This document shows, one piece after another, positions 52,562 to 61,232 of a stretch of DNA of 64,000 bases. A program made the translations under genes and the position numbers. Numbering within the stretch: position 1 is the first letter of the stretch; the number at the start of each line of letters is the position of its first letter. Source of the stretch: Cyanobacteriota bacterium (lineage in GTDB: Bacteria > Cyanobacteriota > Vampirovibrionia > Gastranaerophilales > UBA9971); NCBI GenBank assembly GCA_022703625.1, contig JAKLDH010000002.1, positions 1,462 through 65,461 of the forward strand, written 5' to 3'. Under the pieces are notes generated by a model. It had not been told where the DNA came from and did not search any database. It was given only the letters and a program-made list of their open reading frames with translations.

Positions 52562-53503
52562 TTAAGATCTTATTGTCCATAAAACTTTGTCTATTTTTCT
52601 TGGTGTCCAGAAATCAGTTTTAAATGCATTATTTAGTTCTATGGTCTTTTCTCGCAAAATAGCAGTTAACTCAACAAAATCTCTATTTTTTATCGCAATA
52701 GGATTTATATCTTGAACAATTTTGTTTAAAGACGATATATTTTGCAAATTTATGACCAAAAATTGATCAACAGTTCCGTATATTTCTGGAAATAGTAAAG
52801 ATAATAATCCTGAAGCTCCAGCTACACCCAAGCCTTTTATTTCGGAGGCAAGTTTTATCATTGTAAAAGATTCTTCTTTATCTGAAACAAAAAGAATACG
52901 TGAAATTATTTCATCAATTTTAGCATTATCATTTTGGTAAGCTTTTTTAAAAGCTGCTGTAGTTGTAGCGTATCTATTTGGAGCTGTGTATTTCCATTTG
53001 AAATATTTATTAAGTAAAAAGTCATACCAAGAGTTACCAAGTTCCAATTTGTCCAAATCGTTGGGTTTTCTTACGACACAAAGCTTTTCTTCAAGCTCAA
53101 TTTCAATATTATAATTTTCATCTTTTACTCTGGAATAATAACTTGATAAAGCATTAGTCCATTTTTCTTCATCACAACTATTCCATAATGAAGTAATAGA
53201 AATTAAATTCGCATTATTAGATTTAGCAATTTTAATTAATTCTGTATGTGTTTTGATTGGAATAAACTTAAAATCTTCCAGAGATTTAAGTTTATTCATT
53301 GTTTCTCTACTCCCAGTGATAAGCCATTCAAGGTCGACATTGAATTTTTCATAAATATTTACAAAAAATTTCAGATCGGGTTCTTTTTCCGATGCTTCAT
53401 ATAGATTAATATCTGATTCTGGAATATTTAACTCCAGAGCAAATTGAGATATATCAAGATTTTTTAAATTTCTGAATTCTTTTAATCTATTTCCAAAAGT
53501 CAT
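52562..53503 (-). CDS. XRE-HTH fusion protein with uncharacterised C-terminal domain (HhH-like GLGVAGASGLL motif)
   Basis: 313 aa, visibly AT-rich. The N-terminal HTH reads FGNRLKEFRNLKNLDISQFALELNIPESDINLYEASEKEP. The C-terminal domain of about 230 aa is unassigned. Confidence 0.6.
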   Translation of the reverse strand: MTFGNRLKEFRNLKNLDISQFALELNIPESDINLYEASEKEPDLKFFVNIYEKFNVDLEWLITGSRETMNKLKSLEDFKFIPIKTHTELIKIAKSNNANLISITSLWNSCDEEKWTNALSSYYSRVKDENYNIEIELEEKLCVVRKPNDLDKLELGNSWYDFLLNKYFKWKYTAPNRYATTTAAFKKAYQNDNAKIDEIISRILFVSDKEESFTMIKLASEIKGLGVAGASGLLSLLFPEIYGTVDQFLVINLQNISSLNKIVQDINPIAIKNRDFVELTAILREKTIELNNAFKTDFWTPRKIDKVLWTIRS

Positions 53504-53558
53504 AATTTACTCTTCTGAATATTCGTTCGGTACTATTACTGGATAGTGTGAAAATTCG

Positions 53559-54251
53559 TTAAAATACGCTTTTTCCATGCCATACAACTTTACCTATAAC
53601 TGCAAAAGAATCTTCATCTTTTAAATCAACTTCAAAAGTCGGATGCTCAGGATTATCACTCTTTATTTGAAGTTTTTCTTTAGGCATTAAAGAAAGCCTT
53701 TTAACTAGAAGAGTATTATCAAATCTGACAACAAAAATACCATCTCTGATACGTTTATCCGAGGTGTCTATCATAATCAGATCGCCATTTTTAATGGTAG
53801 GCTCCATCGATTCGCCATGAGCTGTAAATATAACTAAATCAGGCTTAGAGCCGCAAATATTTTTATTAAACCAATCAATTTTAAAAGCAAAATGGTCTAT
53901 AACTGTTTCTTCATCAACAATACATCCATGCCCGGCAGCCGCTCTAATATCATAAATAGGAATATACACATAATCGCTGCTGCAGACATCAAAGTTTTTC
54001 TTGCTTTCTTCTGTTGCAAACATTGCACCTTTTCCAAAAAGAAGCCATTCTGTATTTGCACCCAAATGTTCCGCAATAAGAGCCAAATATTCTACGGTAG
54101 GCTTTCGCTCACCTTTTTCATAATTACTTATAGATTTATACGGGACATTTATCATTCTGCTTAACTCTGAGACGTTAAGAGCAGACTGCACCCTGATTTC
54201 TCTGAGTCTGTCACCTATATTATTTAATGCTTTAATTTTTTGTTCGCTCAT
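53559..54251 (-). CDS. CI/LexA-like repressor (XRE HTH + S24 peptidase)
   Basis: 230 aa. HTH LNVSELSRMINVPYKSISNYEKGERKP. S24 catalytic context HGESMEPTIKNGDLIMID and LLVKRL. Confidence 0.85.
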   Translation of the reverse strand: MSEQKIKALNNIGDRLREIRVQSALNVSELSRMINVPYKSISNYEKGERKPTVEYLALIAEHLGANTEWLLFGKGAMFATEESKKNFDVCSSDYVYIPIYDIRAAAGHGCIVDEETVIDHFAFKIDWFNKNICGSKPDLVIFTAHGESMEPTIKNGDLIMIDTSDKRIRDGIFVVRFDNTLLVKRLSLMPKEKLQIKSDNPEHPTFEVDLKDEDSFAVIGKVVWHGKSVF

Positions 54252-54275
54252 TTGTTCCTAAAAAATACTTAACAT

Positions 54276-54338
54276 ATGTACTATCTTGTATTGACAAGTT
54301 GGTACAAATGGGAATAGAATAATTAAACAAATGTACTA
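54276..54338. promoter_or_regulatory. early operator/promoter region (TGTAC-core repeats; TTGACA-18-TAGAAT)
   Basis: ATGTACTA at 54276-54283 and 54331-54338, and GGTACAAAT at 54301-54309. The -35 TTGACA lies at 54291-54296 and the -10 TAGAAT at 54315-54320, facing the ner-like gene. Confidence 0.5.
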
Positions 54339-54361
54339 ACTCTAATATAAGATTACCACAA

Positions 54362-54550
54362 ATGAATAAAAAAACTAGACTCGGTTGGTTTAAAAGTAAA
54401 CTTTTGCATAGAAACTTAACAATCGCTGATATCGCTATGGAGCTTGGTATCAGCGAAAGGCAAGTTTATAAACTTATTTGTGGTGACCATAAAAATGAAA
54501 AGTTTAAACAGTGGGTTATTAAACGTTTGGGCAATCCTATTTGGTTGTAA
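54362..54550 (+). CDS. Ner/Cro-like small DNA-binding protein
   Basis: 62 aa. HTH LTIADIAMELGISERQVYKLICG. Located between repressor and transposase. Confidence 0.65.
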   Translation: MNKKTRLGWFKSKLLHRNLTIADIAMELGISERQVYKLICGDHKNEKFKQWVIKRLGNPIWL

Positions 54551-54565
54551 ACAAAGGAAGAACAA

Positions 54566-56533
54566 ATGAGCAGGGAAACAATAAATACGAATAATTCGCT
54601 TTGGCTCGATGAAAATCAAGCCTGTTCTCTGCTTGGATTAAAACCGGATACTTTGAGGAAGAAATGCAGAGCCGGTGAGTATATTTTCAAAATAGTTAAA
54701 AAGTCTAAAACAAGTGAATATAAAGTGCTTTTGTCTTCTCTGCCAGAGCTTTATCAAAGCAAATATCAAAGCAGGTTTTTAAAAACTTCTGAATCTAATT
54801 TTGACCCGAATGTATATAATGATGCTCCTGATTGGGCAAAACGTCAGGCAGAAAAATATGTAACTATAATCAAACGTTCTGAAGGATTAAGAGGCAAAGA
54901 ATTAAAAGCTTTTATAAATGAATGGAATAAGGTTAATCCTGAATTTAGAACATCTTACGCCAGAGTTAATGATGCAAGGCTTAAATACTACACTGGCGGA
55001 ATTTCTGCATTACTTGCACAGTATGGAAAAACAGCAGGCAGCACAGTTGTTAAAGATAATCATTTTGAATATTTCAAAAGTCTGTATCTTAAAGAAGGTG
55101 CTCCTTCTCTTTATACCAGCTGGTTTTACACTTTAGGCTATGCCGTTAGAGTTGATGGAATCATAAAAGAAGCATTTCCTTCAAGATTTAGCTTTAAAAG
55201 AAGACTTTTACAGGAAATTCCAGAGCAGTCTATTTATCTTGCCAGATATGGTGAAGCTAAATGGAACAGAAGATATTCAAACTATATTGATAGAGATTAT
55301 TCTGGCATTAGATGCGGAAGTGTTTGGACATCAGACCATGCACAGCTCGATGTTGCTTGTGAAATAGAAGACGGCAGAGTTGTATTTCCATGGATTACTG
55401 CTTGGAGAGATTTTAAAGGAGGTAAATGGTTAAGCTGGATTTTACAGCCTGACAATCCTAATTCTGACCATATTTTTCAAACTTTTTACTATGCAGCAGA
55501 CGAGTACGGCATTCCTGAAGATATCATTATCGATAACGGTAAAGATTACAGAGCTAAGGATTTTGCAGGCGGCAGAAAAGTTCATAAAATTTCCGTTGAT
55601 GAAGTTAAAACAAATTCAATGCTTGATAATCTTGGAGTAAAAGCCCATTTTGCACTTCCATATAATGCTCAGACTAAAACTATTGAAAGAGATTTTCTTA
55701 AAATTAAAGAACTCTTCTCTAAGCATATGCAGGGTTACAGGGGCGGAAATGTAACAGAGCGTCCTGAAAAACTGAAAATTGAAATTAAACAGGGCAAGAT
55801 ATTGAAATTTAGTGAACTAAAAGAAATATTTAATGACTTCATAGAAAACGTATTTAATAAATACCCTTCAAATGGCAAGATTCTTCAGGGCAGATCATCT
55901 GATGAATTATGGGCGGAAGAATTTAGAGAAAAAAGAGTTGTTTCAAAAGATGCATTAAAGCTATTCTGCACAAGAACTTCAAAGACCTTCTCCATTACAC
56001 GAAACGGAGTAAAGGATTCAGAGCTTGGAATAACCTATTGGGCAGACTGGATGATTGGTGTAAAAGGCGAAAAAGTTTATTTAAGAAGAGATATAAAAAA
56101 TTACAATGAAGCCTGGATATTTAAAGCTGATAATGATGAATTTATAGGGAAGGCTCAAGTTTCTGAACTTGTCCCTGCACTTGCTTCTACTGAAATTGAA
56201 AAGAGCGAATTTAAAGAAGCTATGGCTGTTAAAAAACGTAATAAAAAAATAGCTAAAGCATATGCTAAAACTCAAGAAACAGACGTAAACGACAGAATGC
56301 TTAATCTGAAAGCAGCTGTTGGAGATAAAGAATACAAGGCAGAGCCTAAAATCTCCAAGATAGCTAATACAAAAATGGATAAAGTTATCAGAAAACAAAA
56401 TGATATTGAAAAAATAGGAACTTACGATTTATCAGGATTTGTGGATAAAAAACCTGAAAAGAGAAAGATTTACCTGTTTGAAAGCGACAAAGAATTAGAT
56501 GAACTGGCAATGGGAGCAGGATATGGATCTTAG
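54566..56533 (+). CDS. Mu-type DDE transposase (MuA-like, third lineage)
   Basis: 655 aa with an N-terminal HTH region. DDE candidates in WTSDHAQLD, IIDNGKDY and TKTIERDF. It is only distantly related to copies 1 and 2. Confidence 0.85.
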   Translation: MSRETINTNNSLWLDENQACSLLGLKPDTLRKKCRAGEYIFKIVKKSKTSEYKVLLSSLPELYQSKYQSRFLKTSESNFDPNVYNDAPDWAKRQAEKYVTIIKRSEGLRGKELKAFINEWNKVNPEFRTSYARVNDARLKYYTGGISALLAQYGKTAGSTVVKDNHFEYFKSLYLKEGAPSLYTSWFYTLGYAVRVDGIIKEAFPSRFSFKRRLLQEIPEQSIYLARYGEAKWNRRYSNYIDRDYSGIRCGSVWTSDHAQLDVACEIEDGRVVFPWITAWRDFKGGKWLSWILQPDNPNSDHIFQTFYYAADEYGIPEDIIIDNGKDYRAKDFAGGRKVHKISVDEVKTNSMLDNLGVKAHFALPYNAQTKTIERDFLKIKELFSKHMQGYRGGNVTERPEKLKIEIKQGKILKFSELKEIFNDFIENVFNKYPSNGKILQGRSSDELWAEEFREKRVVSKDALKLFCTRTSKTFSITRNGVKDSELGITYWADWMIGVKGEKVYLRRDIKNYNEAWIFKADNDEFIGKAQVSELVPALASTEIEKSEFKEAMAVKKRNKKIAKAYAKTQETDVNDRMLNLKAAVGDKEYKAEPKISKIANTKMDKVIRKQNDIEKIGTYDLSGFVDKKPEKRKIYLFESDKELDELAMGAGYGS

Positions 56534-57398
56534 AATTGAACTTAAAAAACTAATGCAGGAAAAAGGCTACAGCTTTCAGGCTGTGTCTCGTGCAACAGCA
56601 ATTTCAGCCACAACTCTTAATTTGTGGCTGAATAATAACTATGTCGGCAATCTTGATAAAATATCAGATTCTATTCACAGCTTTATTATTAGAGAAAAAG
56701 AAAGAAGATATAAGCAAACAATTCCGTTTGTTGAAACCAGTATTGCAAAAAATATTTTTGAAATAGCACAAATTTGCCATATTAATGGTGAAATTGGAGT
56801 CTGCTACGGCAGAGCAGGACTTGGCAAAACCTTTGCGGTTAAACAATATGCAAGGCAAAATTCTGACGTAATTTTGATTGAAACAGACCCCGGCTTTTCT
56901 ACAAGGACAGTTCTTTTAGAATTACATAAAAGACTTGGGCTTTCAGCTAAAGGAAGTCTTTATGCAATGACTCTTGAAATCATTGAGAGGCTTGAAAAAT
57001 CAGGCAGGCTTATTATTGTTGACGAGGCTGAAAATCTTCCGTATAAAGCACTGGAATTGTTAAGAAGAATTCACGATAAAACTGAAGCCGGAGTGTTACT
57101 TGTCGGTCTTCCTGCTCTTGTTGAAAACCTAAGAGGATTAAAAGGGCAGTATGAACAGCTTTATTCAAGGGTTGGCGTGTCAAAAAAACTTGAACCGCTT
57201 CAGTTTAATGATACAGAAATGATTTTAAAAGAAGTTTCTCAAGATATTGATGCAATAAGTGCTTTTCACGATTTATCAAAAGGAAATACCAGAGTTTTAT
57301 CAAAATTGATAATGAGATCAGCAAGAGTGGCTATTATCAATAAAACTTCTGTTGATAAATCAATAGTTGAAGAAACTTTCAAGATGCTTATTGTGTGA
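56523..57398 (+). CDS. MuB-like DNA transposition ATPase
   Basis: Start at ATG 56523, after GGAGCAGG. N-terminal HTH (KGYSFQAVSRATAISATTLNLW), Walker A GRAGLGKTF and Walker B IIVDEAE. Confidence 0.85.
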   Translation: MDLRIELKKLMQEKGYSFQAVSRATAISATTLNLWLNNNYVGNLDKISDSIHSFIIREKERRYKQTIPFVETSIAKNIFEIAQICHINGEIGVCYGRAGLGKTFAVKQYARQNSDVILIETDPGFSTRTVLLELHKRLGLSAKGSLYAMTLEIIERLEKSGRLIIVDEAENLPYKALELLRRIHDKTEAGVLLVGLPALVENLRGLKGQYEQLYSRVGVSKKLEPLQFNDTEMILKEVSQDIDAISAFHDLSKGNTRVLSKLIMRSARVAIINKTSVDKSIVEETFKMLIV

Positions 57399-57405
57399 GG
57401 ATTTT

Positions 57406-57579
57406 ATGAAAAGTAAAGAAAAGATTTTTTATACATTTTTAATAATCCTATCAATATTCACTCTTGGAGTTCAAGTTGGAATTCATCATGGACGAGAACT
57501 TCAAAGGGTTGAAGATATTAGAATTCAGCGTATGCAGGAATATATTTTCAAAAATATGGCAAGATGCGAGGCTATATGA
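57406..57579 (+). CDS. small single-TM protein (kil-like position)
   Basis: Start at ATG 57406, after GAGGA. 57 aa with TM segment FYTFLIILSIFTLGVQVGI. Confidence 0.45.
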   Translation: MKSKEKIFYTFLIILSIFTLGVQVGIHHGRELQRVEDIRIQRMQEYIFKNMARCEAI

Positions 57580-58016
57580 TTACTAAAAATCAGATTAAAA
57601 AACTTCAAACTTTAAAAAAAGTCCTCAGCCTTTCTGATGACATATACAGGGATGTTCTTGAAATGTCTTTTAATGTTAATTCCTGTACAAAATTGACATC
57701 GGAGCAAGCAGGTATGCTTATTGATGATTTTGAAAATTCTGCAATTCAACTGGGATTATGGAATAAGCCAGAGTTGAAGTTTGAAAATCTTTCAAACAGA
57801 AAATCTATGGCAACTCCAAAACAGTTAAGAATGATTGAAGCTATGTGGAGGGAGGTGAGTTATCGAGAAGACGATGAATTTGTAAAGCAATCGCTTAGAA
57901 AGTTTCTGTCAGGTCATTTTTACGTTAGCGATTTAAGATTTATAGACAGAGCAAAAGCAAGCAAAATTATTAATGCGATTAAAAATATTAAAAAAAGTTG
58001 TTTAAAGACCAGTTAA
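57576..58016 (+). CDS. GemA/gp16 (DUF1018) family protein
   Basis: Start at ATG 57576, with an ATGA overlap. MITKNQIKKLQTLKKVLSLSDDIYRDVLE... is the family pattern. Confidence 0.7.
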   Translation: MITKNQIKKLQTLKKVLSLSDDIYRDVLEMSFNVNSCTKLTSEQAGMLIDDFENSAIQLGLWNKPELKFENLSNRKSMATPKQLRMIEAMWREVSYREDDEFVKQSLRKFLSGHFYVSDLRFIDRAKASKIINAIKNIKKSCLKTS

Positions 58017-58051
58017 ATGTAGTTTAAACCTAATTTAAAGGAGATTCAAAA

Positions 58052-58291
58052 ATGGAAATCAAAGAAAAAGTTTTAGCAGTAATTGGAAGCCAAATTTCAG
58101 ACATAAAGGATAAATTAACCGAATCAAAGGTTAAATTTGCTGAATGCTGCTTAAATGAAGAAGAATGGCAAATCAGAATTAAGTACGAAAAAATGTGCAA
58201 AATTTATGAAGGACAAATAGCTGTTCTTGAAGGACTGGAAAGAACTTTGGAAAATGATATCTTTGTCATAGCTCTTCCAATGAAAATTTAA
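58052..58291 (+). CDS. hypothetical early protein
   Basis: 79 aa, RBS aaaggag. Confidence 0.5.
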   Translation: MEIKEKVLAVIGSQISDIKDKLTESKVKFAECCLNEEEWQIRIKYEKMCKIYEGQIAVLEGLERTLENDIFVIALPMKI

Positions 58292-58407
58292 AGGTCGAAA
58301 CAGGATTGCGTGAGCAGGAGTAAAACTCATTTTAAAGCCATCCCTGCTCCGGCTTTCCTGTCGCAGAGTTATGCTCTGCCTAATGAGATCAAATTTAAAG
58401 GATTTTT

Positions 58408-58710
58408 ATGGAACTTAAACCATGGATGCAAAATTTAATGCCGGCAGATATGCCAAATTCCGAATTAAAAGAACTTGCTGAAGAATTTGGCATTCAATCT
58501 GCGTTGGAAGTTATTTCAGCGTGGGCTGGTCTTATTGTAAGCGTTCCAAAACAACCTTTTAGGGATTTATTAAACAAATATATTATTAACAATTATGATG
58601 GTACAAGGGCATCAATTGTTAAACTTGCCAAAGAATGCGAAGTTACTGACAGATATATTTACTATCTTTTAAAAAAGTTGAAAACGGCTAAAAATAGCTC
58701 TTCGATTTAA
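58408..58710 (+). CDS. Mor-family transcription activator
   Basis: 100 aa. NNYDGTRASIVKLAKECEVTDRYIYYLLKK is the C-terminal HTH. Paralog of 44416..44718. Confidence 0.75.
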   Translation: MELKPWMQNLMPADMPNSELKELAEEFGIQSALEVISAWAGLIVSVPKQPFRDLLNKYIINNYDGTRASIVKLAKECEVTDRYIYYLLKKLKTAKNSSSI

Positions 58711-59027
58711 ATTTCACCTTTTATTATTAAGTTTAAAACTTCCTCCTGTGAGAAATTATGCTCTTCACAGTACGAGTCAATCCATTTTAAATATTGTTTA
58801 ATTTGTTTATCGCAAAGTATTTCAAGATTCTGCTTGGCTTTGCCTTCTTCCATTGCTAAATATTCAAGCAATGCCTGTGCCGTAGGCTTATCAGGTTTTG
58901 AAGTTTTTACTTTAAGTTGGTCAACATCATCGTGAATTTTTTCAACTATTCCGATAACATCGTCAATTGCAATTTTCAAGTCATTGCCGACACCGTTAAG
59001 ATAGATTTTAAAGTCGATTTCGCTCAT
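58707..59027 (-). CDS. hypothetical ~105-aa protein, paralog family member 3
   Basis: Start at ATG 59027 (MSEIDFKIYLNGVGNDLKIAIDD...). It converges on and overlaps mor by 4 nt. This is the same arrangement as member 2 and mor in prophage 1. Confidence 0.65.
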   Translation of the reverse strand: MSEIDFKIYLNGVGNDLKIAIDDVIGIVEKIHDDVDQLKVKTSKPDKPTAQALLEYLAMEEGKAKQNLEILCDKQIKQYLKWIDSYCEEHNFSQEEVLNLIIKGEI

Positions 59028-59033
59028 AAAATA

Positions 59034-59074
59034 TTCCTTATGCTTGCTAACAGGTGTAATATTAGCTTGCATAT
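59034..59074 (-). promoter_or_regulatory. cassette leader L6 (subfamily B)
   Basis: The reverse complement is ATATGCAAGCTAATATTACACCTGTTAGCAAGCATAAGGAA, near-identical to L4. It overlaps the 3' end of the upstream AlbA_2-like gene. Confidence 0.5.
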
Positions 59075-60132
59075 GGGGATTTAGGTTTACTTGTGTCGGA
59101 ATATAATGTTTTGTCTTGTTTTATAAAATCAATTAATTCATTCTTATCATTAAAAATAAAAATTTTTTCATACTCATTTAATGCGTGTTTATTAAAGTAA
59201 TTTAAATCATAACCGGATAATTTTAAATTAGTGAAAATTTTATAAACTTTGTAATGAAAAGAATCTTCCAGAAAAAATCTGATTTCATTTAATTTACTAT
59301 AATCTATGTAAATATCATCACTAAGAATGTCTTTAACATAATAAACACTGCTATCTGGAAAAGGAAAATAATATCGAGCACCATCAACGCTTACAAACTG
59401 GCAGGTTGTAAGCGTTGTAGAATGATATTTAAAACTCAACTCATCAAGAAATACATCTTTTTTAGGCAAATGGTTTGCAAAAGAATAATTTTCTCTTCCT
59501 TTAGACTTAGAAGTTATAGTAAATTCAGGAAAATATTTGTAATAAAGCTGTAATCCGTTTATTTCGTCTGTGAAGTAATTCCAATTTTCAAAATCATCTA
59601 TATATGTATTTAGCCTTTCTAAGATGGATAAATTTAAACCAAATCTTTCTTTCCACATTTCAGCTATTTCATATTCAGAAGCTGTTGAATTAATTGGTGT
59701 GTTAGTTGGTCCACTTCTTGTGTAGATAACTCCTGCTCTTATTATTTTAGCTCTTATTATTTTAGCTTTTCCTTTTTCAGTTTTATCTTTTATTAAAAAA
59801 AATGGTTTAAATTTTGAATTTTTTATAATTAAAATATCAATTTCATGGTTATTGATATTAAGCGTTTCTAATTCTAATACTGGAATTTTATTTATATTAG
59901 ATGATTTAATAGTATCAATAATTTTTTCCAAATTTTTTCTTTTAGTATCGTTTTCAATACCTAAAATATTTCCGGTATTATCAACTCCAAATATAATATA
60001 ACGGTCTTTATCACATAACGAATTTGATAAACAAAGAAGGTCATGCACAAAATCAAGAGTATTATCATAATACTCTCTTTTAAAATCTAAATATTCACTC
60101 TCAGGTTCATTCAAAAGCAATTTTATATTCAT
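59062..60132 (-). CDS. AlbA_2 (Schlafen-like) domain protein, candidate defence/abortive-infection cargo
   Basis: 356 aa, very AT-rich. The N-terminus LLNEPESEYLDFKREYY...YIIFGVDNTGNILGI fits the AlbA_2 pattern. The C-terminal ~220 aa are unassigned. It contains an in-frame 15-bp tandem duplication at 59735-59764 (AKIIRAKIIR). Confidence 0.6.
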   Translation of the reverse strand: MNIKLLLNEPESEYLDFKREYYDNTLDFVHDLLCLSNSLCDKDRYIIFGVDNTGNILGIENDTKRKNLEKIIDTIKSSNINKIPVLELETLNINNHEIDILIIKNSKFKPFFLIKDKTEKGKAKIIRAKIIRAGVIYTRSGPTNTPINSTASEYEIAEMWKERFGLNLSILERLNTYIDDFENWNYFTDEINGLQLYYKYFPEFTITSKSKGRENYSFANHLPKKDVFLDELSFKYHSTTLTTCQFVSVDGARYYFPFPDSSVYYVKDILSDDIYIDYSKLNEIRFFLEDSFHYKVYKIFTNLKLSGYDLNYFNKHALNEYEKIFIFNDKNELIDFIKQDKTLYSDTSKPKSPYAS

Positions 60133-60156
60133 AAATTTTATTTTAACTAAAAAATA

Positions 60157-60594
60157 TTAAATTCTCACCAACTTGACTGCCGGTAGTGAATCATTAATTT
60201 TATATGCTTCTACTTTCATGACTATAAATTCCGTCTTCCAACCTGCTCTTTCGTTAAGCCAGTTAAGGATGTATCGGGTTTTATCATCGAGGCTCTTTAC
60301 CAACCAGACGGCTTTGTTTGCATTATTGCCTGCTGCTATGGCTAAAAGATTTTTAAAATCCTCGTCAGTCGGCTCATCAAGGTTAATCATAACTATAACT
60401 TTGTTATGGCTCATATTTTCTTCTGCATAAATATCAGGACGAACTTCATCAGGAATAATGCTGTGGTGTCCTATGTTTACAAGCTCGATATTAAGAGCAT
60501 CTTCAAGTTCTCTAGGGTTTTCAAGGAGCCAATTTCTGACATCCTGATTAGTTTTAAAGATTTCGTTTATGTTGATTTCAATTAAGTTTGCCAT
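60157..60594 (-). CDS. PD-(D/E)xK-like protein homologous to the N-terminal half of 39438..40328
   Basis: Start at ATG 60594, after AGGAGA. 145 aa. RPDIYAEE...VIVMINLDEPTDEDFKNLLAIAAGNNANKAVWLV parallels QPDILAVA...IIECDLKQNIKTLANLLMHTAAYKAKHIIWCI. Confidence 0.55.
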   Translation of the reverse strand: MANLIEININEIFKTNQDVRNWLLENPRELEDALNIELVNIGHHSIIPDEVRPDIYAEENMSHNKVIVMINLDEPTDEDFKNLLAIAAGNNANKAVWLVKSLDDKTRYILNWLNERAGWKTEFIVMKVEAYKINDSLPAVKLVRI

Positions 60595-60605
60595 AGTTCT
60601 GTCTC

Positions 60606-60953
60606 CTACTCTGCCCATTTAACGCTGGGAATAAGGTCACCGCTGGTTTCATCATCACTGTATTCAATTTCCTGAATCTTGCCGATTTGAATTCCGCCGA
60701 TTGATTTTACTGCGATTCCGTACTCTTTTGATAATTCGGTTAATTCTCTGATAAATGCCTGATAATTAGTTTCTTTACGTTTTTTAACTGCCAGTATATT
60801 TTTAAGTTCAGGCGATAAATCTTTAGGTTTAAAGTTTTCAGGAGCTTTTAACACCTCATCAATCTCAGCGTAAACGGTTTCCATCATTTCAACATCTGCG
60901 GTTATTTCGTCCTGAATCTCAATTAATAATTCTGTATCTTTTTTGTTTATCAT
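60606..60953 (-). CDS. hypothetical protein, family shared with 41583..41792
   Basis: 115 aa. The C-terminal half is homologous (EYGIAVKSIGGIQIGKIQEIEYSDDETSGDL). Confidence 0.6.
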   Translation of the reverse strand: MINKKDTELLIEIQDEITADVEMMETVYAEIDEVLKAPENFKPKDLSPELKNILAVKKRKETNYQAFIRELTELSKEYGIAVKSIGGIQIGKIQEIEYSDDETSGDLIPSVKWAE

Positions 60954-60958
60954 GACTG

Positions 60959-61123
60959 TTATCCTTTAATTATTGATTCTTGCCCTTTTTTATATGCCTG
61001 TTCTAAAGCCTCTTTGATATTCCAAACTGCCTGTTCTCTAAAATCAAGGTGGTCGCTGTTTCTTGTCTCTAATGTTTCAAGGTCTAATATTGTTTTTGCT
61101 ATTTTTAAAAGTTCTGAATTCAT
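60959..61123 (-). CDS. small conserved hypothetical protein (54 aa), paralog of 40716..40877
   Basis: Translated by eye: MNSELLKIAKTILDLETLETRNSDHLDFREQAVWNIKEALEQAYKKGQESIIKG. Below the ORF-track cutoff. Confidence 0.65.
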   Translation of the reverse strand: MNSELLKIAKTILDLETLETRNSDHLDFREQAVWNIKEALEQAYKKGQESIIKG

Positions 61124-61152
61124 AATCTTAAATCCTTGTGTTTATTGCTTAC

Positions 61153-61172
61153 AATGACAGTTTAGCGTTCAA
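61153..61172 (-). promoter_or_regulatory. cassette leader L7 (subfamily A)
   Basis: The reverse complement is TTGAACGCTAAACTGTCATT, followed by GTAAGCAATAAA as in L3. It lies just downstream of a hairpin terminator. Confidence 0.45.
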
Positions 61173-61196
61173 TTCTCATACTTCAAGCTGAAAGAC

Positions 61197-61224
61197 GGAA
61201 GTTTCAGCTATTCTGAAACTTTCC
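61197..61224 (-). terminator. hairpin terminator after 61233..61568
   Basis: GGAAAGTTTCAG / CTGAAACTTCC stem with one bulge and loop AATAG on the minus strand. The T-tract is weak. Confidence 0.45.
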
Positions 61225-61232
61225 TACACATA

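Noticed and set aside
59735-59764. The 15-bp perfect tandem duplication as a separate repeat element or regulatory site.
   Set aside because: It is in frame inside the AlbA_2-like CDS (AKIIR x2) and is most simply a replication-slippage duplication. It is noted under that gene only.
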